Source: an uncultured Dehalococcoidia bacterium | Lineage (GTDB): Bacteria; Chloroflexota; Dehalococcoidia; Lucifugimonadales; GCA-2712585 | Direction of reading: 5' to 3' | Length of the DNA stretch: 64,000 nucleotides | NCBI GenBank assembly: GCA_951812825.1 | Contig: OX638324.1 | Coordinates: 311,317-375,316, forward strand | Shown here: piece by piece, positions 1 through 10,073 of the stretch | Layout: the number at the start of each line of letters is the position of its first letter | Position numbering within the stretch: position 1 is the first letter of the stretch | Program-made: the position numbers and the translations under genes | The notes under the pieces: generated by a model | What the model was told of the DNA's origin: nothing | Databases searched by the model: none | What the model saw: the letters and a program-made list of their open reading frames with translations, nothing else

Positions 1-1
1 T

Positions 2-94
2 GGACTGGTGACGCCGGGCGTGGGCATTCAGGGCGCGGACTGCGTGGTGAAAACGTGCCCTCAGTTCTTCGACCTGCTCCAACTATTGCATTAG
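2..94 (+). CDS. aroA: 3' end of probable EPSP synthase (partial, runs off the window)
   Basis: Frame 2 reads GLVTPGVGIQGADCVVKTCPQFFDLLQLLH*, matching the AroA C-terminal motif (I.d..cV.K(s/t).P.F...L). Confidence 0.6.
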   Translation, partial: GLVTPGVGIQGADCVVKTCPQFFDLLQLLH

Positions 95-139
95 ACGCAC
101 AAGCTGAACCAGGGTAAGCGTCGCAAAGGGCAAAAAAAG

Positions 140-212
140 TGGCAACGACTGGATTTGAACCAGTGACCTAGCGCTTATGAAGCGCCCGCTCTAACCCCTG
201 AGCTACGTTGCC
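140..212 (-). tRNA. tRNA with CAT anticodon, probably elongator tRNA-Met (Ile2 not excluded); CCA not encoded
   Basis: Reverse complement GGCAACG-TA-GCTC-AGGGGTTA-GAGC-G-GGCGC-TTCATAA-GCGCT-AGGTC-ACTGG-TTCAAAT-CCAGT-CGTTGCC-A folds as a cloverleaf. The G1:C72 pair argues against initiator tRNA. Confidence 0.93.
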
Positions 213-256
213 ACCCAGGGAGGGCCGGCCAGACGCCAGCCAAACTCCGCCTAGAT

Positions 257-286
257 AATATAGCCAACACCGCCGAGGGGTGTCAA
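257..286 (-). promoter_or_regulatory. sigma70-like promoter upstream of the tRNA
   Basis: TTGACA-18 nt-TATATT on the minus strand, about 45 nt upstream of the tRNA. Confidence 0.55.
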
Positions 287-302
287 CGAAGCTAATCCCG
301 GC

Positions 303-1235
303 TCACTCCTCCAGGACGATGTCGCCGCTCTGCCCGCCGGTCTTCTTCGCCAACCGCACGGACTCAATCCGCATGCCCCTATCCACCGCCTTGCACATGT
401 CGTAGACGGTGAGCGCCGCCACGGTTACCGCCGTCAACGCTTCCATCTCTACGCCTGTTTTGCCCTCAGTCCTCACCGATGCCTCGATGGATACGCCGCC
501 CTGGTCCGAGTTGGGGGTGAGTTCCACCGTCACCCGGCTGATCGGCAGCGGATGACACAGTGGTATCAGCTGAGGGGTCTGCTTGGCGGCCATAATCCCC
601 GCCAGCCGAGCCGTCGCAAAAACGTCGCCCTTCTCTACCTTGCCGCCGGTTATGAGGGTCAGGGTCTCCGGTTTCATCGCGACGAATCCCCTGGCCACCG
701 CCTCTCGCCTGGTAATCGCCTTGTCCCCCACGTCCACCATCTGGGCGCGGCCTTGGGCGTCAAGATGCGTCAGTTCCTTCCTGGAAGCAGCGTGGACGCT
801 GGATTTCGTACTCTTGGAAGCCTTAGATGCCGCGCTTGCCCTTCCACTAGAAACGCCCTCCGCTTCCCGATTGGCAATCCTGTCCGCCTCCTCATTTAGC
901 GGATGACCGGCGTGACCCTTGACCCACTTCCACCGTACTGAGCGACCTGCCACCAACGAGTCCAGCCTATCCCACAAGTCGGTGTTCGCCCTACGCTTCC
1001 AGTTTTGGGTCATGGTGTTAACCAAGTACCGACTGTCGCTGTGGATGGTTAGCGCTTTATCCTTCGGTATCACCTCCAGCCCCTCAATGGCCGCCGCGAG
1101 CTCCATCCGATTATTCGTCGTCCTGGACGCACTCCCCGACAAAATCCGCTTGTTGCCATCCGCGACGACGATAGCTGCCCAGCCTCCGGGACCGGGGTTG
1201 CCCAGGCACGAGCCGTCCGTATAGATGTCAATCAT
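303..1235 (-). CDS. moaC: Fusion of ribonuclease HI (N-terminal) and cyclic pyranopterin monophosphate synthase MoaC (C-terminal)
   Basis: RNase H motifs [38 protein letters not shown] Ser/Ala/Lys linker follows, then MoaC motifs [25 protein letters not shown]. Confidence 0.92.
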   Translation of the reverse strand: MIDIYTDGSCLGNPGPGGWAAIVVADGNKRILSGSASRTTNNRMELAAAIEGLEVIPKDKALTIHSDSRYLVNTMTQNWKRRANTDLWDRLDSLVAGRSVRWKWVKGHAGHPLNEEADRIANREAEGVSSGRASAASKASKSTKSSVHAASRKELTHLDAQGRAQMVDVGDKAITRREAVARGFVAMKPETLTLITGGKVEKGDVFATARLAGIMAAKQTPQLIPLCHPLPISRVTVELTPNSDQGGVSIEASVRTEGKTGVEMEALTAVTVAALTVYDMCKAVDRGMRIESVRLAKKTGGQSGDIVLEE

Positions 1236-1250
1236 CGCTGCGTCTCCAAC

Positions 1251-2264
1251 CTATCCGCCAATCTGGTACATCTCAATCTTTCGTCGGGGCGAATCGGCCA
1301 GTTCGAACCGCTCCTCCGAATACCTGTCTCTGCGACGCGCCCAGATGTCGGAGATGATGTCCGTCAGCTCCCCGTCCGTGGCGCCGCTCCTCAGTGGCCC
1401 GCGCAGGTCGTGTCCGACGCTGGCAAACAGGCAAGTATAGACCTTGCCCTCTGTGGAGAGGCGGGCACGGGTGCAGTCGGCGCAGAAGGGCTGCGACACC
1501 GACGAAATGATGCCGATTTCGCCGTCACCGTCCAGGTAGCGATAGCGACGGGCAACCTCACCCCGATAGTTCGGTGAGGCCGGTTCGATGGGAAACTCTG
1601 CGTTGATGATGTTGACAATTTCGGAAGCTGCCACAACCTCCTCCGGCTTCCAGCCGTTAAGGTTGCCCACGTCCATATACTCGATGAAGCGGACCACGTG
1701 GCCCGTCCCCTTGAACCGGCGCGCCAGGTCCAGAATTGTATGGTCGTTGACGCGTCGCTGTACCACGGCATTAATCTTGATAGGATCCAGCCCCACCCGC
1801 GCCGCTTCTTCAATACCCTCCAGCACGGGAGCGACGCTCAACCCAAGGCCGTTCATCTGCTTGAACACCTCGTCGTCCAAGCTGTCCAGGCTGACGGTTA
1901 TGCGTTGCAACCCGGCTTCTTTCAGAGACGCTGCCTGCTTGGCGAGCAGATATCCGTTGGTGGTCAGCGTCAGGTCGTCGACACCGGGGATGCCCGACAG
2001 CATGGCTATAAGTTTCTCCAAGCCTTGGCGCACCAAAGGCTCGCCACCTGTGAGCCGGACTTTGTTTACTCCGAGGTCGACAAACAGACGGACGACTCGG
2101 GCTATCTCCTCGAAGGTGAGGATTTCCGACTTGGGCAGGAACTTGTACCGCTCCCCATATACCTGCAAGGGCATGCAGTAGGGACAGCGGAAGTTGCACC
2201 GGTCCGTTACAGAGACGCGCAGGTCGCCCATTGACCTTCCGAGTGTGTCTTTCAACGCTGGCAT
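1251..2264 (-). CDS. moaA: GTP 3',8-cyclase MoaA (radical SAM)
   Basis: LRVSVTDRCNFRCPYC, C-terminal FCxxC...C cluster and terminal IGG. Start placed at MPALKD. Confidence 0.95.
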   Translation of the reverse strand: MPALKDTLGRSMGDLRVSVTDRCNFRCPYCMPLQVYGERYKFLPKSEILTFEEIARVVRLFVDLGVNKVRLTGGEPLVRQGLEKLIAMLSGIPGVDDLTLTTNGYLLAKQAASLKEAGLQRITVSLDSLDDEVFKQMNGLGLSVAPVLEGIEEAARVGLDPIKINAVVQRRVNDHTILDLARRFKGTGHVVRFIEYMDVGNLNGWKPEEVVAASEIVNIINAEFPIEPASPNYRGEVARRYRYLDGDGEIGIISSVSQPFCADCTRARLSTEGKVYTCLFASVGHDLRGPLRSGATDGELTDIISDIWARRRDRYSEERFELADSPRRKIEMYQIGG

Positions 2265-2281
2265 TGCTGCGACGCTACCCT

Positions 2282-2896
2282 TCAACCGGCCGCAACGCCC
2301 AGTTCCATCAGGAGCCTTGCCGCCTTTCGGACGGCCTGTCCCCGATGGCTGATGCGGTTCTTGTCGGACGTTTCAAGCTGGGCCGTGGTGCAACCCCTTT
2401 CTGGCAGATGAAATATGGGATCGTAGCCGAAGCCGTTAGTCCCTTTCGGCTCATACTGGATTATCCCCTCAACCACCCCTTCCACCGTTTCGAGCCGGCC
2501 CTCAGGCCAGGCGAGAGCGATGACGCAGTGAAATCGGGCCATCCGCTTCTCCCACGGCACTTCCACCAACTCCTTAAGAAGAAGCTCCACCCGCTGGGGG
2601 TCCGTAAGTCCTTCACCACCGTAGCGCGCCGAACGGACTCCGGGCCGTCCGTCCAGAGCGTCCACCACCAGCCCGGAATCGTCAGCCAGGGTGAGTGCTC
2701 CGGCGCTTGCGCAGTAGGCTTTGGCCTTCAAGATGGCGTTCTCTGCGAAGGTCGCCCCCGTCTCCTCCACCTCCATTGAAATTCCAAGGTCCTGCAGGGA
2801 GAGAACTTCAAAGGGCATCCCCGTCAGCATCTGCGAGACCTCCCGCAGCTTGCCCGGGTTTCCCGTGGCCACCAGAAGCTTCTGCGTCTCAGCCAT
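2282..2896 (-). CDS. rdgB: dITP/XTP pyrophosphatase (HAM1 family)
   Basis: ATGNPGK..E, ADDSGL.VDAL.G.PG..SAR, GFGYDPIF, KN.ISHR. Confidence 0.95.
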   Translation of the reverse strand: MAETQKLLVATGNPGKLREVSQMLTGMPFEVLSLQDLGISMEVEETGATFAENAILKAKAYCASAGALTLADDSGLVVDALDGRPGVRSARYGGEGLTDPQRVELLLKELVEVPWEKRMARFHCVIALAWPEGRLETVEGVVEGIIQYEPKGTNGFGYDPIFHLPERGCTTAQLETSDKNRISHRGQAVRKAARLLMELGVAAG

Positions 2897-2905
2897 CGCC
2901 GACGC

Positions 2906-4546
2906 CTATATCCCCCACGTGGGGACGTACTCTCCAAAGCGATTTCGCAGCACGCCCATAATCTCGCCCAGGGTGGCGTAGGCTCTCACCGCATCCAGAA
3001 TGGGCGGCATCAGGTTCTCCGACCGGCCAGCGGCGGACTCCAACTGCTGGAGAGTCGAGGCGACCTGGCGGTCGTCCCTGCTCCGTCGCACTTCTGCCAG
3101 GCGACTCATCTGCCGCCGTTCCCCCTCCATGTCGACTTTAAGCAGGGGGATGCTCAACTCTCCTCCGTCCGTATAGGCGTTTATGCCCACCACCACCTGC
3201 TCTCCGTTGTCGAACTCCCGCTGCTGGGCGTAGGAAGCCTCGGCAATCTCCCGTTGGATGTAACCGGACTCGATGGCGGGGATCACCCCGCCCATGTCCT
3301 CGATGCGTTTGAAATAGTCGTAGGCCCCTTCTTCCACCTGCTCCGTCAGCGACTCCAGGTAGTAGCTGCCGCCGAGGGGATCTACCGTGTCGGCGGCCCC
3401 CGACTCCTCAGCGATTATCTGCTGGGTCCGCAGCGCCAGAAGCGCCGCCTGTTCCGAAGGAAGCGCCCACGCTTCGTCCATGGAGTTGGTGTGTAGCGAC
3501 TGGCAGCCGCCCAGCACCGCCGCGAGAGCCTGAAGGGAAACTCGGATGATGTTGTTCTCCGGTTGCTGGGCTGTGAGGGAACAGCCCGCCGTCTGCGCAT
3601 GAAATCTCATCCAGCTAGAGCGGGGATTCTCAGCGCCGTAGGTCTCCGACATCTCGCGCGCCCACACCTGACGGGCCGCGCGAAACTTTGCAATCTCTTC
3701 GAAGAAATTGTTGTGCACGTTGAAGAAGAAGCTCAAACGAGGCGCAAACTCGTCTATCTTCATCCCACGTCCCAGGCACCAGTCCACGTATTCGAACCCG
3801 TCGGCCAGGGTGAAGGCCATCTCCTGCACCGCCGTCGAGCCCGCCTCTCTGATGTGGTAACCGCTGATGCTAATGGGGTTCCACCTCGGCATCCGCTCCG
3901 TGGCGAACTCGATGGTGTCTGTCACTAGCCGCATTGAAGGCTCAGGGGGAAAGATATACTCGTTCTGCGCCGAATATTCCTTCAGGATGTCATTCTGAAG
4001 GGTACCTCCCAGGTTTCGGGGATCGACGCCCTGCTTCTCCGCCGCCACAATGTACATGGCCCAGATGATCGCCGCAGGCGCGTTGATGGTCATTGACGTG
4101 GTGATCTTGTCCAGCGGGATGCCGTCGAAGAGTAATTCCATGTCGGCAAGGGACGAAACGGCCACGCCGCATTTGCCGAACTCCCCCGCCGCCGCCGGGT
4201 CGTCCGTGTCGTAGCCGTAGAGGGTGGGCATGTCGAAGGCCACGCTCAGGCCCGTCTGGCCACCTTCGAGGAGATACTTGAACCGCTCGTTGGTCTCCTC
4301 CGCCGTGCCAAAGCCGGCGAACATGCGCATGGTCCAGAGTTTGCCCCGGTAACCCGTCGGGTGGACGCCCCGCAGATACGGGAACTCCCCCGGCAAGCCC
4401 AACTCCCCCGGATCCACGTTTTCGGGCGTGTATACCCGCTCCACCGGGATATTCGACGAGGTTTTGAAGGACTTCCGACGCTCTCGGAATTGGCGCTTCG
4501 ATGCGCGAGGGGCGCCCTCCTGAATTCTATCTCTGGTTGAAGTCAT
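2906..4546 (-). CDS. B12-dependent acyl-CoA mutase, substrate-binding large subunit (isobutyryl-CoA mutase-like)
   Basis: [56 protein letters not shown]. No B12-binding domain. Confidence 0.9.
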   Translation of the reverse strand: MTSTRDRIQEGAPRASKRQFRERRKSFKTSSNIPVERVYTPENVDPGELGLPGEFPYLRGVHPTGYRGKLWTMRMFAGFGTAEETNERFKYLLEGGQTGLSVAFDMPTLYGYDTDDPAAAGEFGKCGVAVSSLADMELLFDGIPLDKITTSMTINAPAAIIWAMYIVAAEKQGVDPRNLGGTLQNDILKEYSAQNEYIFPPEPSMRLVTDTIEFATERMPRWNPISISGYHIREAGSTAVQEMAFTLADGFEYVDWCLGRGMKIDEFAPRLSFFFNVHNNFFEEIAKFRAARQVWAREMSETYGAENPRSSWMRFHAQTAGCSLTAQQPENNIIRVSLQALAAVLGGCQSLHTNSMDEAWALPSEQAALLALRTQQIIAEESGAADTVDPLGGSYYLESLTEQVEEGAYDYFKRIEDMGGVIPAIESGYIQREIAEASYAQQREFDNGEQVVVGINAYTDGGELSIPLLKVDMEGERRQMSRLAEVRRSRDDRQVASTLQQLESAAGRSENLMPPILDAVRAYATLGEIMGVLRNRFGEYVPTWGI

Positions 4547-4614
4547 AACTATGATTTGAAAGAATGGTATAGATTGAGTCTACCAACGGGGTCGAAGGGC
4601 CGTCAATAAACCGG

Positions 4615-4821
4615 CTAGCGCGGCACTTCCGGACGCTGCCGGGCTTTCAACTCCCGGAGACTCGCCTCCAGCCGTGAGCGACGAAGCATGGTGCGTCTTC
4701 CACATCCCAAGCATACCAACCCTACGTCGGCCCCCAGGCGAGTCACCTCCCACTGGAAACTGCCGCAGGGGTGGGCCTTCTTCAGCCGCACTGTGTCACC
4801 CAGGTGCAGCTCTAACGCCAA
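4615..4821 (-). CDS. DUF951 family small Zn-ribbon-like protein
   Basis: GD.V.LKK.HPCGS..W...R.GAD....C.GCGR pattern. Confidence 0.8.
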   Translation of the reverse strand: MALELHLGDTVRLKKAHPCGSFQWEVTRLGADVGLVCLGCGRRTMLRRSRLEASLRELKARQRPEVPR

Positions 4822-5639
4822 CCCAGGCCTTCCGCTTCAAGAACGTCGTTTATCGCGTCCCGCAGCCTCGTTGCCTCCCTCCGCGCCGCCTCCGCGTAGT
4901 CTGGCCCTCGTGAAGCGTAGATGATACTGCGTGAGGCGTTGATTATGGCGCGGCGGCCCAAAGCGTCCGTGCCATTAACGACTGCCGCGTGAATGTCACC
5001 GCCCTGAGAACCCACGCCGGGAATCAGGATGGGCATCTGCGGGCAAGAGCCACGCACTGCTTTCATCTCCTCGGGTTGCGTAGCCCCTACCACCAACCCG
5101 ATATTGCCGTCGGCTCCCCAACCATTTACGGCAAGGGCGACTCGTTGGTATAGAGGTACTCCAGCCTCGTCTTGAATGTCCTGGAATTCGCCGCCTCCGA
5201 GGTTTGAGGTTCGGCACAGGACAAATGCCCCCTTCCCTCCATAGCCAAGGAATGGCTCGACAGATTCCCTTCCCATATAACTGTGTACGGTAACCGCGTC
5301 AAGGCCCCAATGGTCGAACATAGCTGTGGCGTAGGCAGCACTAACACGGCCCATATCGCCTCGCTTTGCGTCTCCAATAATGATCACATATGGACTGATA
5401 TCTCGGATATATTCGATGGTCTGCTTCAGGGCTTGCAGACCCTCCAGGCCCTGCGCTTCGAAGAAGGCGAGGTTGGGCTTGAACGCACAAACTAAGTCGT
5501 GGGTCGCGTCGATGATGGACCGGTTGAAATCGAAAATGTCCGGCACGGGCATCAACTGCGGGTCCGGGTCCAGCCCCACACACAGCAGGCTGCGTTTGGC
5601 TTCACAGGCGGCGTCCAACTTCTGCACAAACGATGTCAT
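4812..5639 (-). CDS. pyrF: Orotidine-5'-phosphate decarboxylase (type 2)
   Basis: LCVGLDPD, FKPNLAFFE, DAKRGD, GLVVGAT, LIPGVGSQGG, NASRSI. Start at MTSFVQ with GGAGG RBS. Confidence 0.95.
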   Translation of the reverse strand: MTSFVQKLDAACEAKRSLLCVGLDPDPQLMPVPDIFDFNRSIIDATHDLVCAFKPNLAFFEAQGLEGLQALKQTIEYIRDISPYVIIIGDAKRGDMGRVSAAYATAMFDHWGLDAVTVHSYMGRESVEPFLGYGGKGAFVLCRTSNLGGGEFQDIQDEAGVPLYQRVALAVNGWGADGNIGLVVGATQPEEMKAVRGSCPQMPILIPGVGSQGGDIHAAVVNGTDALGRRAIINASRSIIYASRGPDYAEAARREATRLRDAINDVLEAEGLGWR

Positions 5640-5709
5640 GGCCTCCGTAAGTATACCAGCCCCGCCCGCCGTTGTGACCGCCGACATCCGTTGATATCAT
5701 CTGACCCTG

Positions 5710-6402
5710 ATGCGCTTCGATTGCGAACTGATAGAGGCACGGTTCATCCGACGGCTGAACAGGTTCGCCGCCCTCGTGGATATGGACGGCGATGAAGTTA
5801 TGGTCCACGTGGCCAACACTGGCCGTATGAGGGAGCTATTAACGCCGGGGCGGACCGTGCTCCTACGACCGGCGGCGAAGCCGGAACGCAAGACGGCCTT
5901 CGACCTGATGCTGGTGGACTTGGGATTCGCGCTTTGCTCGACGGACTCCCGGTTGCCTCCCCGCCTGGTTGAGCAGGCCTTTCTGGACGGACGGGTGGAA
6001 CAGTTTGCAGGCTATCAGGAAGCGCGTCGTGAGGTGACGTTCGAGGAGAGCCGGTTCGACCTGATGCTCTCAAGCGACGAGGGTATCTGCTACGTGGAGA
6101 CGAAGTCGGTGAATCTCGTGGAAAACCGCGTCGCCCTCTTCCCCGACGCACCGACGGAGCGGGGGCGGAAGCATCTGGGAACGCTGGTCAAGGCCGTCGC
6201 CGCAGGACATCGGGCCGCGGCATTCTTTGTGATTCAGCGGCAAGACGCGGATTCCTTCCGTCCACACCCCACGGCGGACCCCGCCTTCGCCGAGGCACTT
6301 CGCGACGCCAGAGCTCACGGCGTTGAGGTATACGCCTACAACTGTCGTGTCACCCGCCGTGAAATTGCCATACAGCGCAGTATTCCGGTGATGCTGGAAT
6401 GA
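5710..6402 (+). CDS. sfsA: SfsA family DNA/RNA nuclease
   Basis: F..R.NRF, HVANTGRM.EL, SRFD..L, YVE.KSV.L, FPDAPT.RG.KHL. Confidence 0.92.
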   Translation: MRFDCELIEARFIRRLNRFAALVDMDGDEVMVHVANTGRMRELLTPGRTVLLRPAAKPERKTAFDLMLVDLGFALCSTDSRLPPRLVEQAFLDGRVEQFAGYQEARREVTFEESRFDLMLSSDEGICYVETKSVNLVENRVALFPDAPTERGRKHLGTLVKAVAAGHRAAAFFVIQRQDADSFRPHPTADPAFAEALRDARAHGVEVYAYNCRVTRREIAIQRSIPVMLE

Positions 6403-7064
6403 ACGCTGAGGATGCAAAGTCCCACCCTCTGGTGCAAGTCTACCGACGGCTCCTCCACACCTACGGCCCTCAGGGCTGGTGGCCCGGGGGTTCCCCCTTC
6501 GAAATCATCGTCGGCGCTATCCTCACCCAAGCAACGGCGTGGACCAACGTGGAGAAGGCAATCAACAATCTCAAGGCTGAGGAGATTCTCTCTCCCGAAA
6601 GTCTGCGGGACATCCCAACCGACGAGCTCGCCCAGCTGATCCGTCCCTCAGGCTACTTCAACGTCAAGGCTCACCGCCTCAAGGCCTTCATCCACCATCT
6701 CTGGGACGCCCACGACGGCGATCTCAAAAACATGCTGGAATCCGACGGCCCTTCCCTCCGCCGCGAACTGCTGTCAATAAACGGCATAGGCGAGGAGACG
6801 GCAGACGACATTCTACTCTACGCCGCGGGAAAGCCATTCTTTGTCATTGACGCCTACACCCATCGCATTCTCCAACGGCTAGGCAGTAGCGACGGAGCGA
6901 GCATCTACAGCGACTACCAGCATATCTTCCACCAGGCTCTTCCCGCCGACTACCGCCTATTCAACGAGTACCACGCCCTACTGGTGCGCCACGGCAAAGA
7001 CGTCTGCCGTCCTACACCCCAATGCGAGAAGTGCTGTCTGCGGGACATTTGCCGCTACCCCTAG
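6399..7064 (+). CDS. Endonuclease III-related HhH-GPD DNA glycosylase with 4Fe-4S motif
   Basis: GAILTQ.T.W.NV, LLSINGIGEETAD, VIDAY, C-terminal C-x6-C-x2-C-x5-C. Confidence 0.88.
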   Translation: MNAEDAKSHPLVQVYRRLLHTYGPQGWWPGGSPFEIIVGAILTQATAWTNVEKAINNLKAEEILSPESLRDIPTDELAQLIRPSGYFNVKAHRLKAFIHHLWDAHDGDLKNMLESDGPSLRRELLSINGIGEETADDILLYAAGKPFFVIDAYTHRILQRLGSSDGASIYSDYQHIFHQALPADYRLFNEYHALLVRHGKDVCRPTPQCEKCCLRDICRYP

Positions 7065-7065
7065 C

Positions 7066-9375
7066 CTAGTCTGACTGTTTCCAGATCTCTTCCAGCACCT
7101 TGCCGGGCGTCATGGGCAGGCTGGTCATACGGACGCCAACGGCGTCGTGGATGGCGTTGGCTATCGCCGCCATGGGTGGAACGATGGGCACCTCCCCCAC
7201 GCCACGTACACCAAAGGGGTGACCGGGATTCGGCACCTCCACAATCACCGTGTCAATCATCGGAAGATCAAGCGATGTAGGCATCCGGTAGTCCAGGAAC
7301 GTTGAGTTGGTCATGCGGCCGCCCTCGTCGAAGAAATACTCCTCGTTGAGCGCCCAGCCGATGCCCTGCACCACGCCTCCCTGAATCTGACCCTCAACGT
7401 AGCCGGGGTGGACCGCTTTGCCCACGTCCTGAACGGCGGTGTAGCGCAGAATCTCCACCTTGCCCGTCTCCGGGTCTACCTCCACGTCTACGATGTTCGC
7501 GGCGAAGGCCCCGCCCACGCCCCGAGGGTCTACCGAGGCGCGGCCTACAATCGGCCCGCCCGTCCCGTTCAGCATCCCCGCCAACTCCTTGAAGCTGATG
7601 CTCAGTTCAGGGTCCTTGGAATGAACGAATGAGCCACCCTTCAGCTCCACGTCGGCGGCGTTTACGTCCCAGATGGTCGCGGCCCGTTCGATCATCTGCT
7701 GCTTGATGTCCTGGGCGGCCTCGTAGCAGGCCCAGCCCGTCTTAAAGGCAACGCTGCTTCCGCCGGTGCTGGAGGTGTAGCCGATGCTGTCCGTGTCGGC
7801 GACCTGTGGATGCACGTCCTCGACGGGGATGGTCAGCACCTCAGCCATGTGCATGGCCGCTACAACGCGGGTGCCGCCGATGTCAGGCGAACCCTCAACC
7901 AGGTTCACCGTACCGTCGGAGTTGACGCTTGCGAATGCCGTCGATGGGCCGGTGTTGTTTCGCCAGAAGCCGGTGGCTACCCCACGGCCGCGGTTTGAGC
8001 CTGACAAGGGCGCCGAGTAGTGGGGATGCTCCTGCGCCGCCTTCAAGGTCTCCAGATAACCGATGCGCGGGAAGGCTATGCCGCTAATCTGCCTCGTACC
8101 TTCTTCAGCGGCGTTGCGGCGGCGGAACTCCAGTGGGTCCAAGCCCAGCTTTGTGCAGAGTTCGTCGATGACCGTTTCCGCAGCAAATGCTGCCGCGGGT
8201 GCGCCAGGCGCACGGTATGCGGCGGTCTTGGGTTTGTTGACCACAACGTCGTAGGCCTCAACCCGTGCGTTGGGAATGTTGTAGGCTCCAAAAATGCACT
8301 GGGAAGCGCCGCCGATGGGTGCGCCCGGATACGCGCCGCCCTCGTATACAAGAAGGGCTTCCGCCGCCGTTATTTTTCCTTCCGGATCAGAGGCCATCTT
8401 TACCTTGATATACCCACCGGAGGTAGGGCCGGTGCCTTCGAATACCTCGGCGCGATTCATCGTCATCTTTACGGGCTGACCGGACTTCTTCGACAGAACA
8501 GCGGCTACGGCTTCCAGGTAGGTGCTCAGCTTGCCGCCGAATCCGCCGCCTATCTCCAGTGGAATAACCTTGATCTGCGATACGGGGATGTCCAGAACCA
8601 GCGCTGTGTTGTCGCGAATTGCGAAGTGGCCCTGGGAGCTGCACCAGATGGTCAATTCCCCGTCCTTGTTCCACAGGGCCGTCGCGCTGTGAGGCTCAAT
8701 GTACCCCTGATGCACGGTGGCCGTCCGATACTCCCGCTCCACCGTCACGTGGCCATTGGCGAACCCCTCCGCGAGGTCGCCCTTCTCCAGCACGAAGTGG
8801 TTGGAAACGTTGGACCCCTTCTCATCGTCGTCTGCGGAGAGCAGCCCGCCAGGCTGAATGCCCGCCAACGAGAAGGTCTCCAGACGTTCGTGCAGCAGCG
8901 GCGAGTCTTCCTCCATAGCCTTCACAACGTCCGTCACCTCAGGCAGGACCTCGTATTCTACGCGAATCGCCGAAAGCGCTTCCTCCGCCAGGTGGGGACT
9001 GTCCGCTGCTACGGCGGCCACAGCGTGACCCTTGTACAGCGCCTTCTCCGCCGCCAGCACGTTATTGCTCAGGAACTTGGGGTTCGTCATGGCTCCCTCG
9101 CCCAGGTCCGCCGTTTCGCCGGAGGGCTGGGGCAGATCGGCGGCGGTAGCCACGGCCTTGACCCCCGGGATGGCCATTGCGGCTGACGTGTCGATGGACT
9201 TTATCCAGGCGTGGGCGTGAGGACTGCGCAGCACAGCCCCGTGCAGCAAGCCCGGCAGATGCACGTCCGCGCCATATTGCGCCCGCCCCGTTACCTTGTC
9301 CGTGCCGTCGTGCCGGATGGGCCGGGTGCCTACTACGTCGTATTTGCCCGTTGCCAGTACCACGTTGGATTCCAT
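7066..9375 (-). CDS. Xanthine dehydrogenase-family molybdopterin-binding large subunit
   Basis: KVTGRA.Y..D, RSPHAHA.I, HQGYIEPH, GGGFGGK, AYRAPG, EGQIQGG..QG.G.AL, GVGE. Confidence 0.92.
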   Translation of the reverse strand: MESNVVLATGKYDVVGTRPIRHDGTDKVTGRAQYGADVHLPGLLHGAVLRSPHAHAWIKSIDTSAAMAIPGVKAVATAADLPQPSGETADLGEGAMTNPKFLSNNVLAAEKALYKGHAVAAVAADSPHLAEEALSAIRVEYEVLPEVTDVVKAMEEDSPLLHERLETFSLAGIQPGGLLSADDDEKGSNVSNHFVLEKGDLAEGFANGHVTVEREYRTATVHQGYIEPHSATALWNKDGELTIWCSSQGHFAIRDNTALVLDIPVSQIKVIPLEIGGGFGGKLSTYLEAVAAVLSKKSGQPVKMTMNRAEVFEGTGPTSGGYIKVKMASDPEGKITAAEALLVYEGGAYPGAPIGGASQCIFGAYNIPNARVEAYDVVVNKPKTAAYRAPGAPAAAFAAETVIDELCTKLGLDPLEFRRRNAAEEGTRQISGIAFPRIGYLETLKAAQEHPHYSAPLSGSNRGRGVATGFWRNNTGPSTAFASVNSDGTVNLVEGSPDIGGTRVVAAMHMAEVLTIPVEDVHPQVADTDSIGYTSSTGGSSVAFKTGWACYEAAQDIKQQMIERAATIWDVNAADVELKGGSFVHSKDPELSISFKELAGMLNGTGGPIVGRASVDPRGVGGAFAANIVDVEVDPETGKVEILRYTAVQDVGKAVHPGYVEGQIQGGVVQGIGWALNEEYFFDEGGRMTNSTFLDYRMPTSLDLPMIDTVIVEVPNPGHPFGVRGVGEVPIVPPMAAIANAIHDAVGVRMTSLPMTPGKVLEEIWKQSD

Positions 9376-9451
9376 GACTCCACCTCCGCTATTGGTGTGC
9401 GCCGGTTTTGCAGTTGTTATTGGACTGATTCTATCACAGCGGAATTCCAGC

Positions 9452-9970
9452 CTACTTGTCGATGCCCCGACGAAGCCCGCGAATGTATCGAATATGCCCC
9501 AAGTGTTGACTCAACTCGCAAAGCAGATGACCAAACATCCGCCCGATGGTGTACTCTCCGCGCCACGGATGGGTCGCTTGGGGTCTCTCCGAAAGCTGTG
9601 AAGCCCTCAGCCCGGCCATGTATTCCAGCGTTCGTTCCCGCACCTCCCGTCCGAAAGCCAGCAGCTCGTCAACCGGCGGCGTCGTGAACGACGCCAATTC
9701 CTCCCTCCCGTAGCCCCAACCCGTCCCCGCGCCCACCATCTCCCACTTCCGGTCCCACCCGTTGCGCTGGAAGACCTCCGGGACTCCCATGGCGAAGTTG
9801 CTCAACCAGTGGTCTTCCACCCGGATGTTGTGCCAAAGGTTGAACCCGATGGAGTTCGCCTCCTCGCTTGGCCGCCAATCTATCTCCTCTGTGGACAGCC
9901 CATCCAACGCCGATTCCAGGTCCCGGTCGATCTCCTGCAGTGTTTCTGCCACCAACTGCATTACGTCCAT
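9452..9970 (-). CDS. DinB/mycothiol-transferase-like protein
   Basis: NSIG..LWH...ED.W and C-terminal H....SQHLGHI helical-bundle pattern. Confidence 0.75.
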   Translation of the reverse strand: MDVMQLVAETLQEIDRDLESALDGLSTEEIDWRPSEEANSIGFNLWHNIRVEDHWLSNFAMGVPEVFQRNGWDRKWEMVGAGTGWGYGREELASFTTPPVDELLAFGREVRERTLEYMAGLRASQLSERPQATHPWRGEYTIGRMFGHLLCELSQHLGHIRYIRGLRRGIDK

Positions 9971-10073
9971 TATCGTCCTTCCTCCTCACGAGATATCAGT
10001 TTGCAACTTTGCATCTTGTGCAAGTTTACCTTTGCACATAAGATTCTTCCAATACGGTACCCGGAGGCGCACC

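Noticed and set aside
140-212. tRNA as an island integration site
   Set aside because: I saw no duplicate of its 3' end and no integrase in the window; the flanks are housekeeping genes.
7066-9375. Aerobic CO dehydrogenase large subunit (coxL)
   Set aside because: Lacks the AYxCSFR motif and the coxMS context.
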